Source of the DNA: a bacterium BMS3Bbin09
GTDB taxonomy: Bacteria; Nitrospirota; Thermodesulfovibrionia; UBA6902
NCBI GenBank assembly: GCA_002897915.1
Contig: BDTS01000023.1
Span: 1 to 54,231, forward strand
DNA length: 54,231 nt
Reading direction: 5' to 3'
Made by a program: the position numbers and the translations under genes. A model generated the notes under the pieces. The model saw only the letters and a list, made by a program, of their open reading frames with translations, ran no database searches and was not told where the DNA came from. Below, one piece after another: positions 1 through 10,466 of the stretch (position 1 is the stretch's first letter; each line of letters begins with the position of its first letter).

Positions 1-1
1 C

Positions 2-979
2 ATAGACGGAATAAGGGTCGATGCCGTGGCATCCATGTTATATCTGGACTATGCAAGGAAAAAAGGGGAATGGATACCGAACAAGTACGGCGGCAATGAG
101 AACCTGGAAGCCGTAAGCTTTTTAAAGAAATTGAATGAGGCGGTTTATGGTGCATATCCCGATGTGCAGACATTCGCGGAAGAATCGACTGCTTGGCCAA
201 TGGTCTCAAGACCCACTGACATGGGCGGCCTCGGTTTCGGTATGAAATGGAACATGGGATGGATGCATGATACATTGAAGTATATGTCAATGGACCCGCT
301 TTTCAGGAAATACCACCATGACACTCTTTCCTTCAGCTTATGGTACGCGTTTACAGAGAATTTCATCCTGCCCCTTTCCCACGATGAAGTAGTGCACGGC
401 AAGGGCGCCCTGATCGGTAAGATGCCCGGTAACGAGTCGCAGAGTACCGCAAATTTAAAATTAATGTTTGGATATATGTATGGCCATCCCGGTAAGAAGC
501 TCCTCTTTATGGGCGATGAGTTTGCTCAGTGGAAGGAGTGGAACCATGATGAGAGCCTTGAATGGCATGTAGCTGATTATAAGTTCCATGCCGGAGTGAA
601 GAACCTGGTCAGGGACCTGAATCACCTTTACAGGAACGAACCTGCGCTGTATGAGCTGGATTTTTCGAGGGAAGGGTTCAGTTGGATAGACTTTCAGGAC
701 TGGGAGCAGAGCATAATAAGTTTTACCAGAAACAGTGAAGCAGGTGAGACAATACTGATAGTCTGTAACTTTACCACTGTCCCGAGATATGACTACAGGG
801 TCGGGGTGCCTCACGGAGGATACTGGAGAGAGATATTGAACAGTGATTCGGAGATCTATGCAGGGAGTGATTGCGGGAATTTCGGGGGAGCGGAAGCGTC
901 TCCGGAACATGCCGGGGGAAGTGATTTTTCCCTCTCTCTTACACTACCCCCTCTGGGCATTTTGTTTTTAAAGAAATAG
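2..979 (+). CDS. glgB: 1,4-alpha-glucan branching enzyme, C-terminal part (5' truncated by window)
   Basis: GH13 motifs [49 protein letters not shown]. Confidence 0.97.
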   Translation: MDGIRVDAVASMLYLDYARKKGEWIPNKYGGNENLEAVSFLKKLNEAVYGAYPDVQTFAEESTAWPMVSRPTDMGGLGFGMKWNMGWMHDTLKYMSMDPLFRKYHHDTLSFSLWYAFTENFILPLSHDEVVHGKGALIGKMPGNESQSTANLKLMFGYMYGHPGKKLLFMGDEFAQWKEWNHDESLEWHVADYKFHAGVKNLVRDLNHLYRNEPALYELDFSREGFSWIDFQDWEQSIISFTRNSEAGETILIVCNFTTVPRYDYRVGVPHGGYWREILNSDSEIYAGSDCGNFGGAEASPEHAGGSDFSLSLTLPPLGILFLKK

Positions 980-992
980 AGCGGTACCAATA

Positions 993-3401
993 ATGGAAAA
1001 ATACATCTGTATTCATGGACACTTTTACCAGCCCCCGAGGGAGAACCCCTGGCTCGAGGAGATCGATATCCAGGACAGCGCATATCCTTACCATGACTGG
1101 AACGAGAAGATAACAGCGGAGTGCTATGCCCCGAACGCCTCCTCCAGGATCCTCGATCCGGAGGGGAAGATTATCGACATAGTTAATACGTATTCCAGGA
1201 TCAGCTTTGATTTCGGCCCAACGCTCCTCTCATGGATGGAGAGGAACAATCCGGAAGTGTACCGATCGATAATCGAGTCCGACCGGTTGAGCGCTGAGAG
1301 GTTTTCAGGACATGGGTCGGCCCTTGCCCATGTGTATAACCATATGATACTGCCCCTTGCCAGCGAGAGGGACAAATATACACAGGTCATGTGGGCGATC
1401 AGGGACTTTGAGAAGAGGTTTGGAAGGTTTCCCGAGGGCATGTGGCTCCCCGAGACCGCGGTTGATACGGATACTCTTGAGGTGCTGGCGGAACAAGGAA
1501 TAAAATTCACTATTCTCTCGCCGAGACAGGCAAAGAGGATCAAAAAATTTGGTAGTCAGGAAGAATGGATAGATGTTAGCAACGAACAGGTGGATCCGAC
1601 AAGGGCATATAAATGCAGTCTTCCTTCAGGAAGATCAATAAGCATTTTCTTTTATGACGGGCCTGTTTCGCAGGAGATCGCTTTCGGCGGACTTCTAAAT
1701 GACGGCGTGAATTTTGCAAGGAGACTCACCTCCTTATTTTATGATAAGAGAGAACATTCGCAGATAGTGCATATAGCGACCGATGGGGAGACTTTCGGCC
1801 ACCATCATCGCTATGGCGACATGGCGCTTTCCTACGCGCTTCATTATATCGAGTCAAAGAATCTTGCCAGGATAACCAATTACGGCGAATATCTTGAAAA
1901 GCATCCGCCTGAATATGAGGCTGAGATTGTCGAGAACTCATCATGGAGCTGTGTCCATGGTGTCGGGAGATGGCGCGATAACTGCGGCTGCCATTCAGGG
2001 ACGCATCCTAAGTGGAACCAGTTGTGGAGAAGGCCATTGAGGGAGGCGCTTGATATGCTGAGAGACAGGCTTGCCTCCATTTACGGCGATGAAGCCTCAA
2101 AATATCTCAGGGACCCCTGGGAAGCGAGGAACGATTATATTGATGTCCTGCTCAACAGGTCGGGAAAAAATACAGAGGCCTTTATTAGTAAACACGCTGC
2201 GCGGGAATTTTCAGGCCCGGATAAAATAAACGTCCTGAAGCTCCTCGAGACCCAGAGGAACGCAATGTTGATGTACACGAGCTGCGGATGGTTCTTTGAC
2301 GAGGTCTCGGGTATCGAGACCGTACAGATAATGCAGTACGCGGCAAAGGCCATTCAGTACGCGGAGGAATCGAGCGACATCTCCCTTGAGGCGGACTTCA
2401 TCGAGCATCTCAAAAAAATACCGAGCAATGTTTATAAGAATGCCCTCGAACCTTATGAAATGTATGTAAAGACCGCCAGGAGCGACCTCTTTCGTGTTGG
2501 TGCGCATTATAGTATATCTTCACTCTTTGAAGGGTATACAGAGGAAACACAAATATACTGCTATACCGCAAAGAAGCTTGGTGTAAAAGTAGCCCATGCT
2601 GAAGCAGAGAAACAGAGGCTGGCTATCGGGAAGGCTATTATTAAATCCAATATAACGTGGGAAGAGAAGACGATCAGTTTCGCTGTTATGCATCTGGGCG
2701 ATCATAATATAAATGCTGGAGTAAAGGAGTTCTGCGGTGATAATGATTTTTTTATAATGCAGGATGAGATAAATGATGCCTTTGAAAAGGGCGACACACC
2801 TGAAGTGCTAAGGCTTATAGATAAGCACTTTGAGAACAATATATTTTCCCTGTGGCACCTCTTCAGGGACAAGCAGCGGAAGGTTCTGGACATGATACTT
2901 GAGTTGACATATAAAGGTGTTGACGCGTCCTACCGCCATATTTATGATGACAACTACGCGATAATGGGTTTTTACCACAACCTGCAGCGGAGGGTCCCGA
3001 GGTCCTTCCGGCTGGCTGCCCGGTACTTATTGAATAACGACCTGAAGAAGGCATTCGAAAAGACCGACCTGGATATAGAGGAGCTAAAAAGACTGATCGA
3101 TGATATAAGGAAGTGGTCCATAAAGGTCGATGCCACGACAGTAGGATATGTCGCGAGCAGATGGATAACGCGTACGATGGAAAGACTTAACGAAGGGCCG
3201 GAAGATATAGTGCTTATTGAAAAGATAAACGACGCGCTTGAGGCCTCGGCCCCGCTTGCCCTGCCGCTGGACCTCTGGAAGGCACAGAACATTTATTTCT
3301 CTATAGGCAGGAAGCTCCATGGTTCTATGAAAGAGAAGGCCGCAACAGAGTGGCTTGAGGTCTTTTTGAGGCTTGGCCATGACCTTCATGTGAAGATATA
3401 G
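993..3401 (+). CDS. GH57 family glycoside hydrolase with C-terminal DUF3536-like region
   Basis: HGHFYQPPRENPW, GMWLPETAVD, ATDGETFGHH, SWSCVHGVGRW, YTSCGWFFD; lies in the glycogen cluster. Confidence 0.9.
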   Translation: MEKYICIHGHFYQPPRENPWLEEIDIQDSAYPYHDWNEKITAECYAPNASSRILDPEGKIIDIVNTYSRISFDFGPTLLSWMERNNPEVYRSIIESDRLSAERFSGHGSALAHVYNHMILPLASERDKYTQVMWAIRDFEKRFGRFPEGMWLPETAVDTDTLEVLAEQGIKFTILSPRQAKRIKKFGSQEEWIDVSNEQVDPTRAYKCSLPSGRSISIFFYDGPVSQEIAFGGLLNDGVNFARRLTSLFYDKREHSQIVHIATDGETFGHHHRYGDMALSYALHYIESKNLARITNYGEYLEKHPPEYEAEIVENSSWSCVHGVGRWRDNCGCHSGTHPKWNQLWRRPLREALDMLRDRLASIYGDEASKYLRDPWEARNDYIDVLLNRSGKNTEAFISKHAAREFSGPDKINVLKLLETQRNAMLMYTSCGWFFDEVSGIETVQIMQYAAKAIQYAEESSDISLEADFIEHLKKIPSNVYKNALEPYEMYVKTARSDLFRVGAHYSISSLFEGYTEETQIYCYTAKKLGVKVAHAEAEKQRLAIGKAIIKSNITWEEKTISFAVMHLGDHNINAGVKEFCGDNDFFIMQDEINDAFEKGDTPEVLRLIDKHFENNIFSLWHLFRDKQRKVLDMILELTYKGVDASYRHIYDDNYAIMGFYHNLQRRVPRSFRLAARYLLNNDLKKAFEKTDLDIEELKRLIDDIRKWSIKVDATTVGYVASRWITRTMERLNEGPEDIVLIEKINDALEASAPLALPLDLWKAQNIYFSIGRKLHGSMKEKAATEWLEVFLRLGHDLHVKI

Positions 3402-3461
3402 CTGAGTTGAATAGTGAAATTATATTTCATCTATTCGTACGAAACTTATGCCCATGGTATA
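3399..3461 (+). repeat. ~60 bp hairpin repeat, family A copy 1
   Basis: TAGCTGAGTTGAATAGTGAAATTATATTTCATCTATTCGTACGAAACTTATGCCCATGGTATA; near-identical copies at 4972 (+) and 17313 (-). Confidence 0.9.
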
Positions 3462-3474
3462 TAGACGGTTGAGA

Positions 3475-4971
3475 ATGGAAAAACGAGGCAGTGGCATACT
3501 CCTTCATATCACATCACTCCCTTCTCCTTACGGTATAGGAGATCTTGGAATGAATGCACATGGTTTTGTAGATTTCCTTGCAAAGGCAGGGCAGAGTTAC
3601 TGGCAGATACTTCCGCTGAACCCTACATCTCCCGCATACGGGAACTCCCCGTACAGCAGCTTCTCCGCTTTTGCCGGCAATTCATTTCTGATAAGTCCGG
3701 AACTTATGGCAAAAGAGGGGCTTCTTAAAAGGTCCGAGATCATGGATCCTCCCGCATTTTCCGCAAAGAGGGTCAATTATAAAAAAGTCATTGTATACAA
3801 GAACGGGCTTTTCGATCTGGCTTTCAAAAGGAACATTGGAAAGCTTTCAGCTGACAAAGAGTTCAGAGGGTTTTGCAGGAAGAACGCTAATTGGCTCGAT
3901 GACTTTGCCCTCTTTATCTCAATAAAGAAGTCTTTGAAAAGTATTGAATGGTCTGACTGGCCGAAGGGGCTCAGGGACAGGGAAAATGAGGCAATGAAAG
4001 AAGCCTCTATGAAATTGAAAGACAATATACTAAAAGAGAAGCTTCTCCAGTACATATTCTTCAGACAGTGGTCTTCCCTCAAAAAACATTGTGATACAAA
4101 AAATATAAAGATCATAGGGGACATTCCCATTTATGTTAATTATGACAGCTCAGATGTATGGGCCAACCCCGAAATATTCAGTCTGGACAGGGACAAGAAG
4201 CCTGCTTTTGTCGGTGGTGTGCCGCCGGATTACTTCAGCTCGACCGGCCAGCTCTGGGGGCACCCGATTTATAAATGGGACGCCCTCAAGAGGTCCGGCT
4301 ACGAATGGTGGCTAAAAAGGATAGAACATAACCTGGAGGAGTTCCATCTCTTCAGGCTCGACCACTTCAGGGGTTTTGTTGGTTACTGGAAGGTCGATGT
4401 CAAAGAAGAGACCGCGATTAATGGAGAATGGGTGGAGGCGCCTGCTGTTGATTTTTTTAATACGGTAATTGAACGGTTCCCGAATATATCTATCATTGCT
4501 GAGGATCTGGGAGTTATTACACATGACGTGAGGGAGGTTATGGAGAGGTTCGGCTTTCCGGGCATGAAGGTGCTTTTATTCGCATTTGGAGAGGATCTTC
4601 AGACAAATCCTTATGCCCCGCACAATCACATAAAGAACTGTCTGGTATACACGGGGACGCATGACAATAACACGATCAGGGGATGGTTCAGAAATGAGAC
4701 GACTGCAGGGGACAAAGAGAGGATATCCGAATATCTGGGGCATAAGATAACCGAAAGAACGGTCCATTGGGAATTCGTAAAGCTCGCGATGATGTCTGTT
4801 GCGGATACTGTCATTATCCCGATGCAGGATATTCTCGGTCTTGGAGAAAAGCAGAGAATGAACCTCCCCGCAAGCGCGAAAGGAAACTGGGAATGGAGGC
4901 TGCTTCAGGAGCAGATATCCCCTGAACTTATCCGTAAGCTTAAGACAGTGACCGAACGTTACGACAGATAA
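3475..4971 (+). CDS. malQ: 4-alpha-glucanotransferase (amylomaltase, GH77)
   Basis: RGSGILLHITSLPS, WQILPLNP, GVPPDYFS..GQLWG, RLDHFRGF, IAEDLG, YTGTHDN. Start placed at the ATG at 3475 because the longer ORF start lies inside the repeat. Confidence 0.96.
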   Translation: MEKRGSGILLHITSLPSPYGIGDLGMNAHGFVDFLAKAGQSYWQILPLNPTSPAYGNSPYSSFSAFAGNSFLISPELMAKEGLLKRSEIMDPPAFSAKRVNYKKVIVYKNGLFDLAFKRNIGKLSADKEFRGFCRKNANWLDDFALFISIKKSLKSIEWSDWPKGLRDRENEAMKEASMKLKDNILKEKLLQYIFFRQWSSLKKHCDTKNIKIIGDIPIYVNYDSSDVWANPEIFSLDRDKKPAFVGGVPPDYFSSTGQLWGHPIYKWDALKRSGYEWWLKRIEHNLEEFHLFRLDHFRGFVGYWKVDVKEETAINGEWVEAPAVDFFNTVIERFPNISIIAEDLGVITHDVREVMERFGFPGMKVLLFAFGEDLQTNPYAPHNHIKNCLVYTGTHDNNTIRGWFRNETTAGDKERISEYLGHKITERTVHWEFVKLAMMSVADTVIIPMQDILGLGEKQRMNLPASAKGNWEWRLLQEQISPELIRKLKTVTERYDR

Positions 4972-5090
4972 AGCTGAGTTGATATAGTGAAATTTATTAT
5001 TTCATCTATATCGTACGAAACTTATCCTGTGGATAAAGCCGAATTAAGCGGTGTGTAATCCGTTTCAATGAGACTTATGCCCGTGGTATA
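4972..5090 (+). repeat. Tandem pair of hairpin repeats: family A copy 2 (4972-~5034) and family B copy 1 (5034-5090)
   Basis: Fills the gap between convergent malQ and LOG genes; matches 3399-3461 (A) and 7276-7336 (B). Confidence 0.9.
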
Positions 5091-5091
5091 A

Positions 5092-6126
5092 CTAAATGTC
5101 ATTGATATGGTCAATAAGGTGTCTCAGTCTTCCGAAGTCCTTCTGGTTGAAGTCTACCACAAGCCTCTTCAGACCGCTGAGTTCCGGTTCGTCTGACTCT
5201 TGAGGCAGCGGGTTCGAAAGGTCGATCTTGCCGTCATACACAAGTATGTCCGCGAAATTTTTGTTCAGCTGCACTAAATCAGCGGGTGAAATAGAGGATT
5301 GAAGGCGGAAGACCAGTTTTCCCCGAACATACCGCATGCTGTGATATCGGCTGTAGAAATGGTTTATTCTTTCGACCGCGGTATCGACCGAATCAACGCA
5401 TTCAAAGAGGTCGAAGTCACCTTCACTTATATAACCTTCCGCCAGCAGTTCTTTCTTCATAAAACGCACCCATCTCTTCCAGTAGGTCCCGCCTGGTTCC
5501 TCTATCAGCAAAAGGGGAAGAGGTGTATGTTTGCCGTTCTGCAGGAGCGTAAGTGTCTCCATCGCCTCATCAAGTGTCCCGAATCCTCCGGGGAAGAGTG
5601 CGATCGCGTCAGCTTCCTTGAGGAATGCCACCTTCCTGTTGAAGAAATATCTGTATGTGATAAGACGGGGGTTTCCCACGAGCACGGGGTTTGGCGCCTG
5701 CTCGAACGGCAGCATTATGTTTACGCCAAAAGAGTGTTCCGGTCCAGCGCCTTCATTGGCCGCCTGCATGATCCCTCCACCAGCACCGGTAATGATCATA
5801 TACCCGGTCTCGACGAGTTTTTTGCCGAATTGCCGAGCCATGTAATAGATCGGTTCTTCGGGCCTGGTCCTGGCTGAACCGAATACAGTGACTTTGCGTG
5901 TAGTCCTGTAAGGGGAGAATATCTTTCCGGTGAAGCGCATCTCCTTCATCGTTGTGTTCATCAGTTTCATATGTGCCCTGTCATTATTTTCCTGGCCGGT
6001 CTTCAGAGCGGCCAGTATCATCTCCCGGACCAGACCCCGCTCTTCGATCCCGTCAACGAGTTCTATTAATTCATCTATTGCTGTGTCAGCGGCTCCGTTG
6101 GTCCTGGTAAAATGAAGTTCCATCAT
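5092..6126 (-). CDS. LOG family (lysine decarboxylase-like) nucleotide monophosphate nucleosidase, long form
   Basis: VTVFGSART, ITGAGGGIMQAANEGA, YFFNRKVAF, PGGFGTLDE. Confidence 0.9.
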   Translation of the reverse strand: MMELHFTRTNGAADTAIDELIELVDGIEERGLVREMILAALKTGQENNDRAHMKLMNTTMKEMRFTGKIFSPYRTTRKVTVFGSARTRPEEPIYYMARQFGKKLVETGYMIITGAGGGIMQAANEGAGPEHSFGVNIMLPFEQAPNPVLVGNPRLITYRYFFNRKVAFLKEADAIALFPGGFGTLDEAMETLTLLQNGKHTPLPLLLIEEPGGTYWKRWVRFMKKELLAEGYISEGDFDLFECVDSVDTAVERINHFYSRYHSMRYVRGKLVFRLQSSISPADLVQLNKNFADILVYDGKIDLSNPLPQESDEPELSGLKRLVVDFNQKDFGRLRHLIDHINDI

Positions 6127-6330
6127 GAGAGTATCTCCTTTAAGTGTGATGAGGTCATTGAATAGTTAGTATGTATTATATTATTAGACCATGAGACCCG
6201 GATAATGCGAATTATGGCTGGCTTTATATTAACAGTTCTTTGAGGCAGGATGGAATATGACTGTTTATAAATACATGCATATACGGATATCATGCAGGAG
6301 ACAGGTAAGTTTATAAGAAGAAAAAGGTCT

Positions 6331-6389
6331 TATACCCAAAGAGCATAAGTCTCATTGAAGCGGATTACACACCGCTTAATTCGGCTTTA
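6331..6389 (-). repeat. ~60 bp hairpin repeat, family B copy 2
   Basis: Reverse complement reads TAAAGCCGAATTAAGCGGTGTGTAATCCGCTTCAATGAGACTTATGCTCTTTGGGTATA. Confidence 0.9.
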
Positions 6390-6420
6390 GATATTTGAGA
6401 TCGGGAAGGATGAATTGGTG

Positions 6421-6828
6421 TTATTTTACGCGTCTGCCATATTTGACATTAATCTTGTATATAATGCTTGCATGATCCCTGGCGGTATTGTCGATTTTGC
6501 CTTTGCAGGCCATCTCGCCTCTTACAACTTTCTTTTTTTGCTTGATAGTCTTCGCAATTATCCTGGAAAGATCAAAGCCCCCCTCCTCACAGGTCTTTAT
6601 CATGCATTCCATAAGGAAATATGCATAGCTTGAAGGGAAGACATTTACAGTACGCTCCATAAGGAGCGGATTTTCCGAATTGTGATAGTATGTCATCTGG
6701 AGAACGATACCGGAGACACTGGGATACTTATCGGAAAGGAGGCCCGCCTTCAGTCTAGCCTGTTTTTTAAGCTCCATCTTCTTTATATAGTCTTGTCTTT
6801 GTGCCATGGTCTCCTTAGTAATGTTCAT
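6421..6828 (-). CDS. Hypothetical basic protein with possible Cys/His metal site
   Basis: 135 aa ORF; ECMIKTC..GGFDL...MAC...DHAS; an alternative start at MAQRQ has an AAGGAG RBS. Confidence 0.7.
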   Translation of the reverse strand: MNITKETMAQRQDYIKKMELKKQARLKAGLLSDKYPSVSGIVLQMTYYHNSENPLLMERTVNVFPSSYAYFLMECMIKTCEEGGFDLSRIIAKTIKQKKKVVRGEMACKGKIDNTARDHASIIYKINVKYGRRVK

Positions 6829-7195
6829 TCCCTTTCTTTTTAAAAGGGTCTGGGATATTAGCCTGTTCGCGTCAATTTGATAAGTGGTATTTGCCTGGAT
6901 ATGCTGAGAATAATTTGACAGTCACAGAGAGATATCGCCTTCAACGCTTCTACAGTTTCCTGTATTATGTATATGAAGTTTAAAGGATGAATATTCATAA
7001 TAAATGCAAAATCCTGGCAGAATGAGGCCATAAAACAACAAATATTCTGAAAAGCTTCCTTAAAAGAGTGCCATAATATGTAACTGTTGTCAAGTGGAAG
7101 GCATTTCTACCGCGTATCGTACTTTCTCAAGACACAGATAATCCCTTAATGATAAAGGGTTTTTCCTTTATATGCAGAAAAAAATATGTTCCTCC

Positions 7196-7225
7196 TTGAC
7201 ACGTGTATAACTAAAAATTTATTAT
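7196..7225 (+). promoter_or_regulatory. Probable sigma-70 promoter of the tRNA-Val/tRNA-Asp pair
   Basis: TTGACA-N18-TATTAT with an AT-rich upstream tract. Confidence 0.55.
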
Positions 7226-7275
7226 AGTCGTTCAGGTTGCTGTTATATCTTGTTTAACATGCAGCCCGGGTTAGT

Positions 7276-7336
7276 TAAAGCCGAATTAAGCGGTGCGTAG
7301 CATCCGCTTCAATGAGACTTATGCCCTTTGGGTATA
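7276..7336 (+). repeat. ~60 bp hairpin repeat, family B copy 3
   Basis: TAAAGCCGAATTAAGCGGTGCGTAGCATCCGCTTCAATGAGACTTATGCCCTTTGGGTATA. Confidence 0.9.
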
Positions 7337-7346
7337 AAAAGGATTC

Positions 7347-7422
7347 GGGCGGATAGCTCAGTTGGGAGAGCACAGCCCTTACAAGGCTGGGGTCACAGGT
7401 TCGAGCCCTGTTCCGCCTACCA
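7347..7422 (+). tRNA. tRNA-Val (TAC)
   Basis: Cloverleaf, anticodon loop CTTACAA, GGTTCGAG T-loop, encoded CCA. Confidence 0.97.
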
Positions 7423-7474
7423 TTTTTTCCCCTCAGTAAAATGGTAGTTTGTAACAAATGTTTCTGTAAATTTT

Positions 7475-7552
7475 GGGGTGGTAGTTCAGTTGGTTTAGAA
7501 CGCCGGCCTGTCAAGCCGGAGGTCGCGGGTTCAAGTCCCGTCCATCCCGCCA
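7475..7552 (+). tRNA. tRNA-Asp (GTC)
   Basis: Anticodon arm CCGGC-CTGTCAA-GCCGG, GGTTCAAG T-loop, encoded CCA. Confidence 0.97.
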
Positions 7553-7666
7553 TTTACTTGGCCTTTCTATTAACTTTGTTACATGCTTCGTATTTCTATA
7601 CCGCTTTAATATGTTAATCTACAAGCTGTTTTGTTTTAAAAAATCTATCTATTAAGGAAACTGCCA

Positions 7667-7981
7667 ATGATCGAAAGACGTCCAGCTAAACGATTTGCAA
7701 ATGCGCTTCCGCTTTTTTTCCTGAACTCAGGAAAAGAATACAGTGGAGTGTCTCTCGATTTTTCCGTATCAGGACTTTTTATACTAACGAGGGAGCTTTT
7801 CAGTCCGGGAACCAGCTTGAAGATGCGTCTGGAGGTTTCAGAGAAAGAAACGATCCATCTCAGGGGTGTGGTTGTAAGGACAATTAAAACGGATGATATC
7901 AATGTAAAGAACGGGATGGGTATAAAGCTGGATGAAGTGCCTTATAAATATCATCAATTACTCGAGAGCTTAAAAGAATAA
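7667..7981 (+). CDS. Stand-alone PilZ domain protein (c-di-GMP binding)
   Basis: ERRxxxR and D(F)SxSGLFI motifs; GMGIK near the C-terminus. Confidence 0.85.
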   Translation: MIERRPAKRFANALPLFFLNSGKEYSGVSLDFSVSGLFILTRELFSPGTSLKMRLEVSEKETIHLRGVVVRTIKTDDINVKNGMGIKLDEVPYKYHQLLESLKE

Positions 7982-7992
7982 TCGTTCAGCGG

Positions 7993-8910
7993 TTAAGCGA
8001 ACAGCCCCGTACTTAAATATCTGTCACCCCGATCAGGGAATATAACCACGACCTTTTTCTCTTTTCCAAGCTTCTTTGCTACCTTCAGCGCGGCCCATGC
8101 TGCGGCCCCTGAGGAGATGCCCGCGAGTATCCCTTCTTCCTTTGCAATGCGCTGAGACATGGCTGCCGCATCTTCATTGGTGACCGGTATGACCTCGTTG
8201 AAGATATCAGTATTCAGGACGCCGGGGAAAAATCCCGCCCCGATCCCAGCTATCTTGTGCGGGCCTGGTTCGCCTCCTGAGAGAACGGGTGAGGCAGCGG
8301 GTTCGACAGCTGCTATCCATATGTCTGCATTATTAGACTTAAGGACCTCTCCTGTGCCTGTTATCGTGCCTCCTGTGCCTACACCAGCAACAAAACCGTC
8401 GATCTCTGCTCCGAGTGCTTTCATGATCTCCACGGCGGTCGTCTTTCTGTGTATCTCGGGATTTGCGGGATTCTCGAACTGCATCGGCATGAAATAGTCA
8501 GGATTCTTTTTAAATATCAGTTCAGCCTCTTCAACCGCTCCCATCATACCTTTGGGTCCGGGAGTAAGCACCAGTTCCGCGCCGAATGCCTGGAACATCT
8601 GTCTCCTTTCAAGTGACATGGTCTCTGGCATTGTAAGGATCAGACGGTATTTCCTGACAGCGGAGATGAGTGCGAGCCCGATCCCCGTATTCCCGCTTGT
8701 AGCTTCGATGATCGTTCCCCCTGGCTTAAGCTTTCCTTCACGTTCGGCTGCTTCTATCATCGAGAGGGCGATCCTGTCCTTGACAGAGCCTCCGGGGTTG
8801 GATCCTTCAAGCTTTGCCCATATATCGGCGTCTTCCGGACCTGGGATCCTGTTCAATTTCACAATTGGTGTGTTGCCTATAAGTTTGATAATATTTTCAA
8901 GTGGCTGCAT
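7993..8910 (-). CDS. cysK: Cysteine synthase A (O-acetylserine sulfhydrylase)
   Basis: [11 protein letters not shown] (PLP lysine), [35 protein letters not shown]. Confidence 0.95.
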   Translation of the reverse strand: MQPLENIIKLIGNTPIVKLNRIPGPEDADIWAKLEGSNPGGSVKDRIALSMIEAAEREGKLKPGGTIIEATSGNTGIGLALISAVRKYRLILTMPETMSLERRQMFQAFGAELVLTPGPKGMMGAVEEAELIFKKNPDYFMPMQFENPANPEIHRKTTAVEIMKALGAEIDGFVAGVGTGGTITGTGEVLKSNNADIWIAAVEPAASPVLSGGEPGPHKIAGIGAGFFPGVLNTDIFNEVIPVTNEDAAAMSQRIAKEEGILAGISSGAAAWAALKVAKKLGKEKKVVVIFPDRGDRYLSTGLFA

Positions 8911-8954
8911 CTGAATACTCCATTAAGATGATCTTATATGTCAGGGTTGTTCCT

Positions 8955-10436
8955 TTAGACCCCGTCGTACTTCTTCATGCGCCAGTATTCGGCGTTTAGT
9001 GTTTCGACGATATAGTCCATTCTTCCTGTCCTGAAGTACTGTCCGATGGCTGTCAGGAATATCTTCGGGTTCCTGAAGAAGATCGTGGAGAGTATCGAGT
9101 AAAAGCTTATGTTGCCTGTACCCCTGAGATAGTTCTTCCTGAAGAAGGCGTTCTGCATCTTTTTCCGGATATCTCTCAGTTCTTCCTTGCCAAAGGTTAT
9201 GGCCATCAGGGGCAGTTCAGGCTGCCTGTGTGCCCATATTTCAGAGAACGGGATATTGGGGTCGAGCCATCCTTCCTGGATTGCCTTTTCGTATATCGCT
9301 GTCCCGGGATATGGTGTAAGGAAATAAAAGGCGGTGTAATCCGCGTCAATATCTTTTGCGACCTGGAAACTCTCGTCTATGTCTGCTTTGGTCTCCTCCG
9401 GGCTACCGATAATGAAAGTTGCGAGCGTTCTGATATCGAGTTCTTTGCAGAGTTTGAAGGATTTTTTGATCTGTGATTTCCTGTCACCGGCTCCACCCTT
9501 GCCCAGCACCTTGAGTATCTTTTCGGAGCCGCTTTCGACACCGAAGTCGAGCTGGACAAGTCCTGACTTCTTCATGAGAGTCATAAGTTCAATGTCTGTC
9601 TGGTCGACCCTTGACTGGCCTGCCCACTTGATGGGGAGGTTCCGTTTTGTCAGTTCCTCACAGTATTCTCTGACCCATTTAGGGCTTAGTGTAAAGGTGT
9701 CGTCACAGTAATAAATGCCTGTTATACCGAAGTTCTTATAAAGATGCTCTATCTCGTCTACAACGTTCTTTACTGAGCGTCTCCTTGTCTTCCTTCCAAA
9801 GATGTTGTGGCTGCCGCAATAGATGCACTGAAAGGGACAGCCCCTGCTGGTAACGATGGTTGTCTGATTGCTGTCCGCGTGTCCCCTGATGATGCCGGGT
9901 GGTTTGAGATATGGTTTCATATCAATAAGGTGTCTTGCCGGGAACGGTATCGTATCCAGATCCTTTATCATCTCGCGTCTTTCGTTTACAATTATCTCCT
10001 CGTCTTTCCGGTACATTACGCCGTTGACATCGGTAAGGTCTTTGCCGCTACCGAGTCTTTCGCAGACCTCGATCATGGTATCTTCACCTTCTCCAACGAC
10101 TATGAAATCGAGATCAAAGGCTTCCAGTGTCTCTTTTGGTTTAACGCTGGTATGTACGCCGCCCGAGCAGTATATCTTGTCAGGCATGGCCTCTTTAAGG
10201 CTCTTGGTGAAATTGAAAGCCCTCTGGTAACCGACAGTCAGGAAGCTTAAAGCTATAAGGTCAGGATTGAATTCCTTAATATCATTTATGATCGTGGACT
10301 GGTATTCCGGATCCGCGTCATATATTTGCACGGTATGCCCCGCCTTTTCGAGAACCGCGGCGATATACATAAGCCCTAACGGAGGAACAACATTATTTCC
10401 GTCTAAAACTTGCGCATTGACTAAGGTGACTCTCAT
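8955..10436 (-). CDS. Cobalamin-binding radical SAM protein (class B methyltransferase-like)
   Basis: PPLGLMYIAA, GGVH, GEGE, TSRGCPFQCIYC (CxxxCxxC), GVESGS, TPYPGT. Confidence 0.92.
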   Translation of the reverse strand: MRVTLVNAQVLDGNNVVPPLGLMYIAAVLEKAGHTVQIYDADPEYQSTIINDIKEFNPDLIALSFLTVGYQRAFNFTKSLKEAMPDKIYCSGGVHTSVKPKETLEAFDLDFIVVGEGEDTMIEVCERLGSGKDLTDVNGVMYRKDEEIIVNERREMIKDLDTIPFPARHLIDMKPYLKPPGIIRGHADSNQTTIVTSRGCPFQCIYCGSHNIFGRKTRRRSVKNVVDEIEHLYKNFGITGIYYCDDTFTLSPKWVREYCEELTKRNLPIKWAGQSRVDQTDIELMTLMKKSGLVQLDFGVESGSEKILKVLGKGGAGDRKSQIKKSFKLCKELDIRTLATFIIGSPEETKADIDESFQVAKDIDADYTAFYFLTPYPGTAIYEKAIQEGWLDPNIPFSEIWAHRQPELPLMAITFGKEELRDIRKKMQNAFFRKNYLRGTGNISFYSILSTIFFRNPKIFLTAIGQYFRTGRMDYIVETLNAEYWRMKKYDGV

Positions 10437-10466
10437 GATCTTATACCTCTTTTCTTATCGGTAGCT

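Noticed and set aside
5028-5036. Perfect DnaA box TGTGGATAA (oriC?)
   Set aside because: Single box formed at the junction of two repeats; no cluster of boxes and no dnaA nearby
3399-7336. CRISPR array or integron attC array
   Set aside because: Copies are dispersed, in both orientations, with no regular spacers and no RYYYAAC/GTTRRRY core sites; no cas or intI gene is present
7275-7553. 92 aa minus-strand ORF
   Set aside because: Antisense shadow of two tRNAs and a repeat
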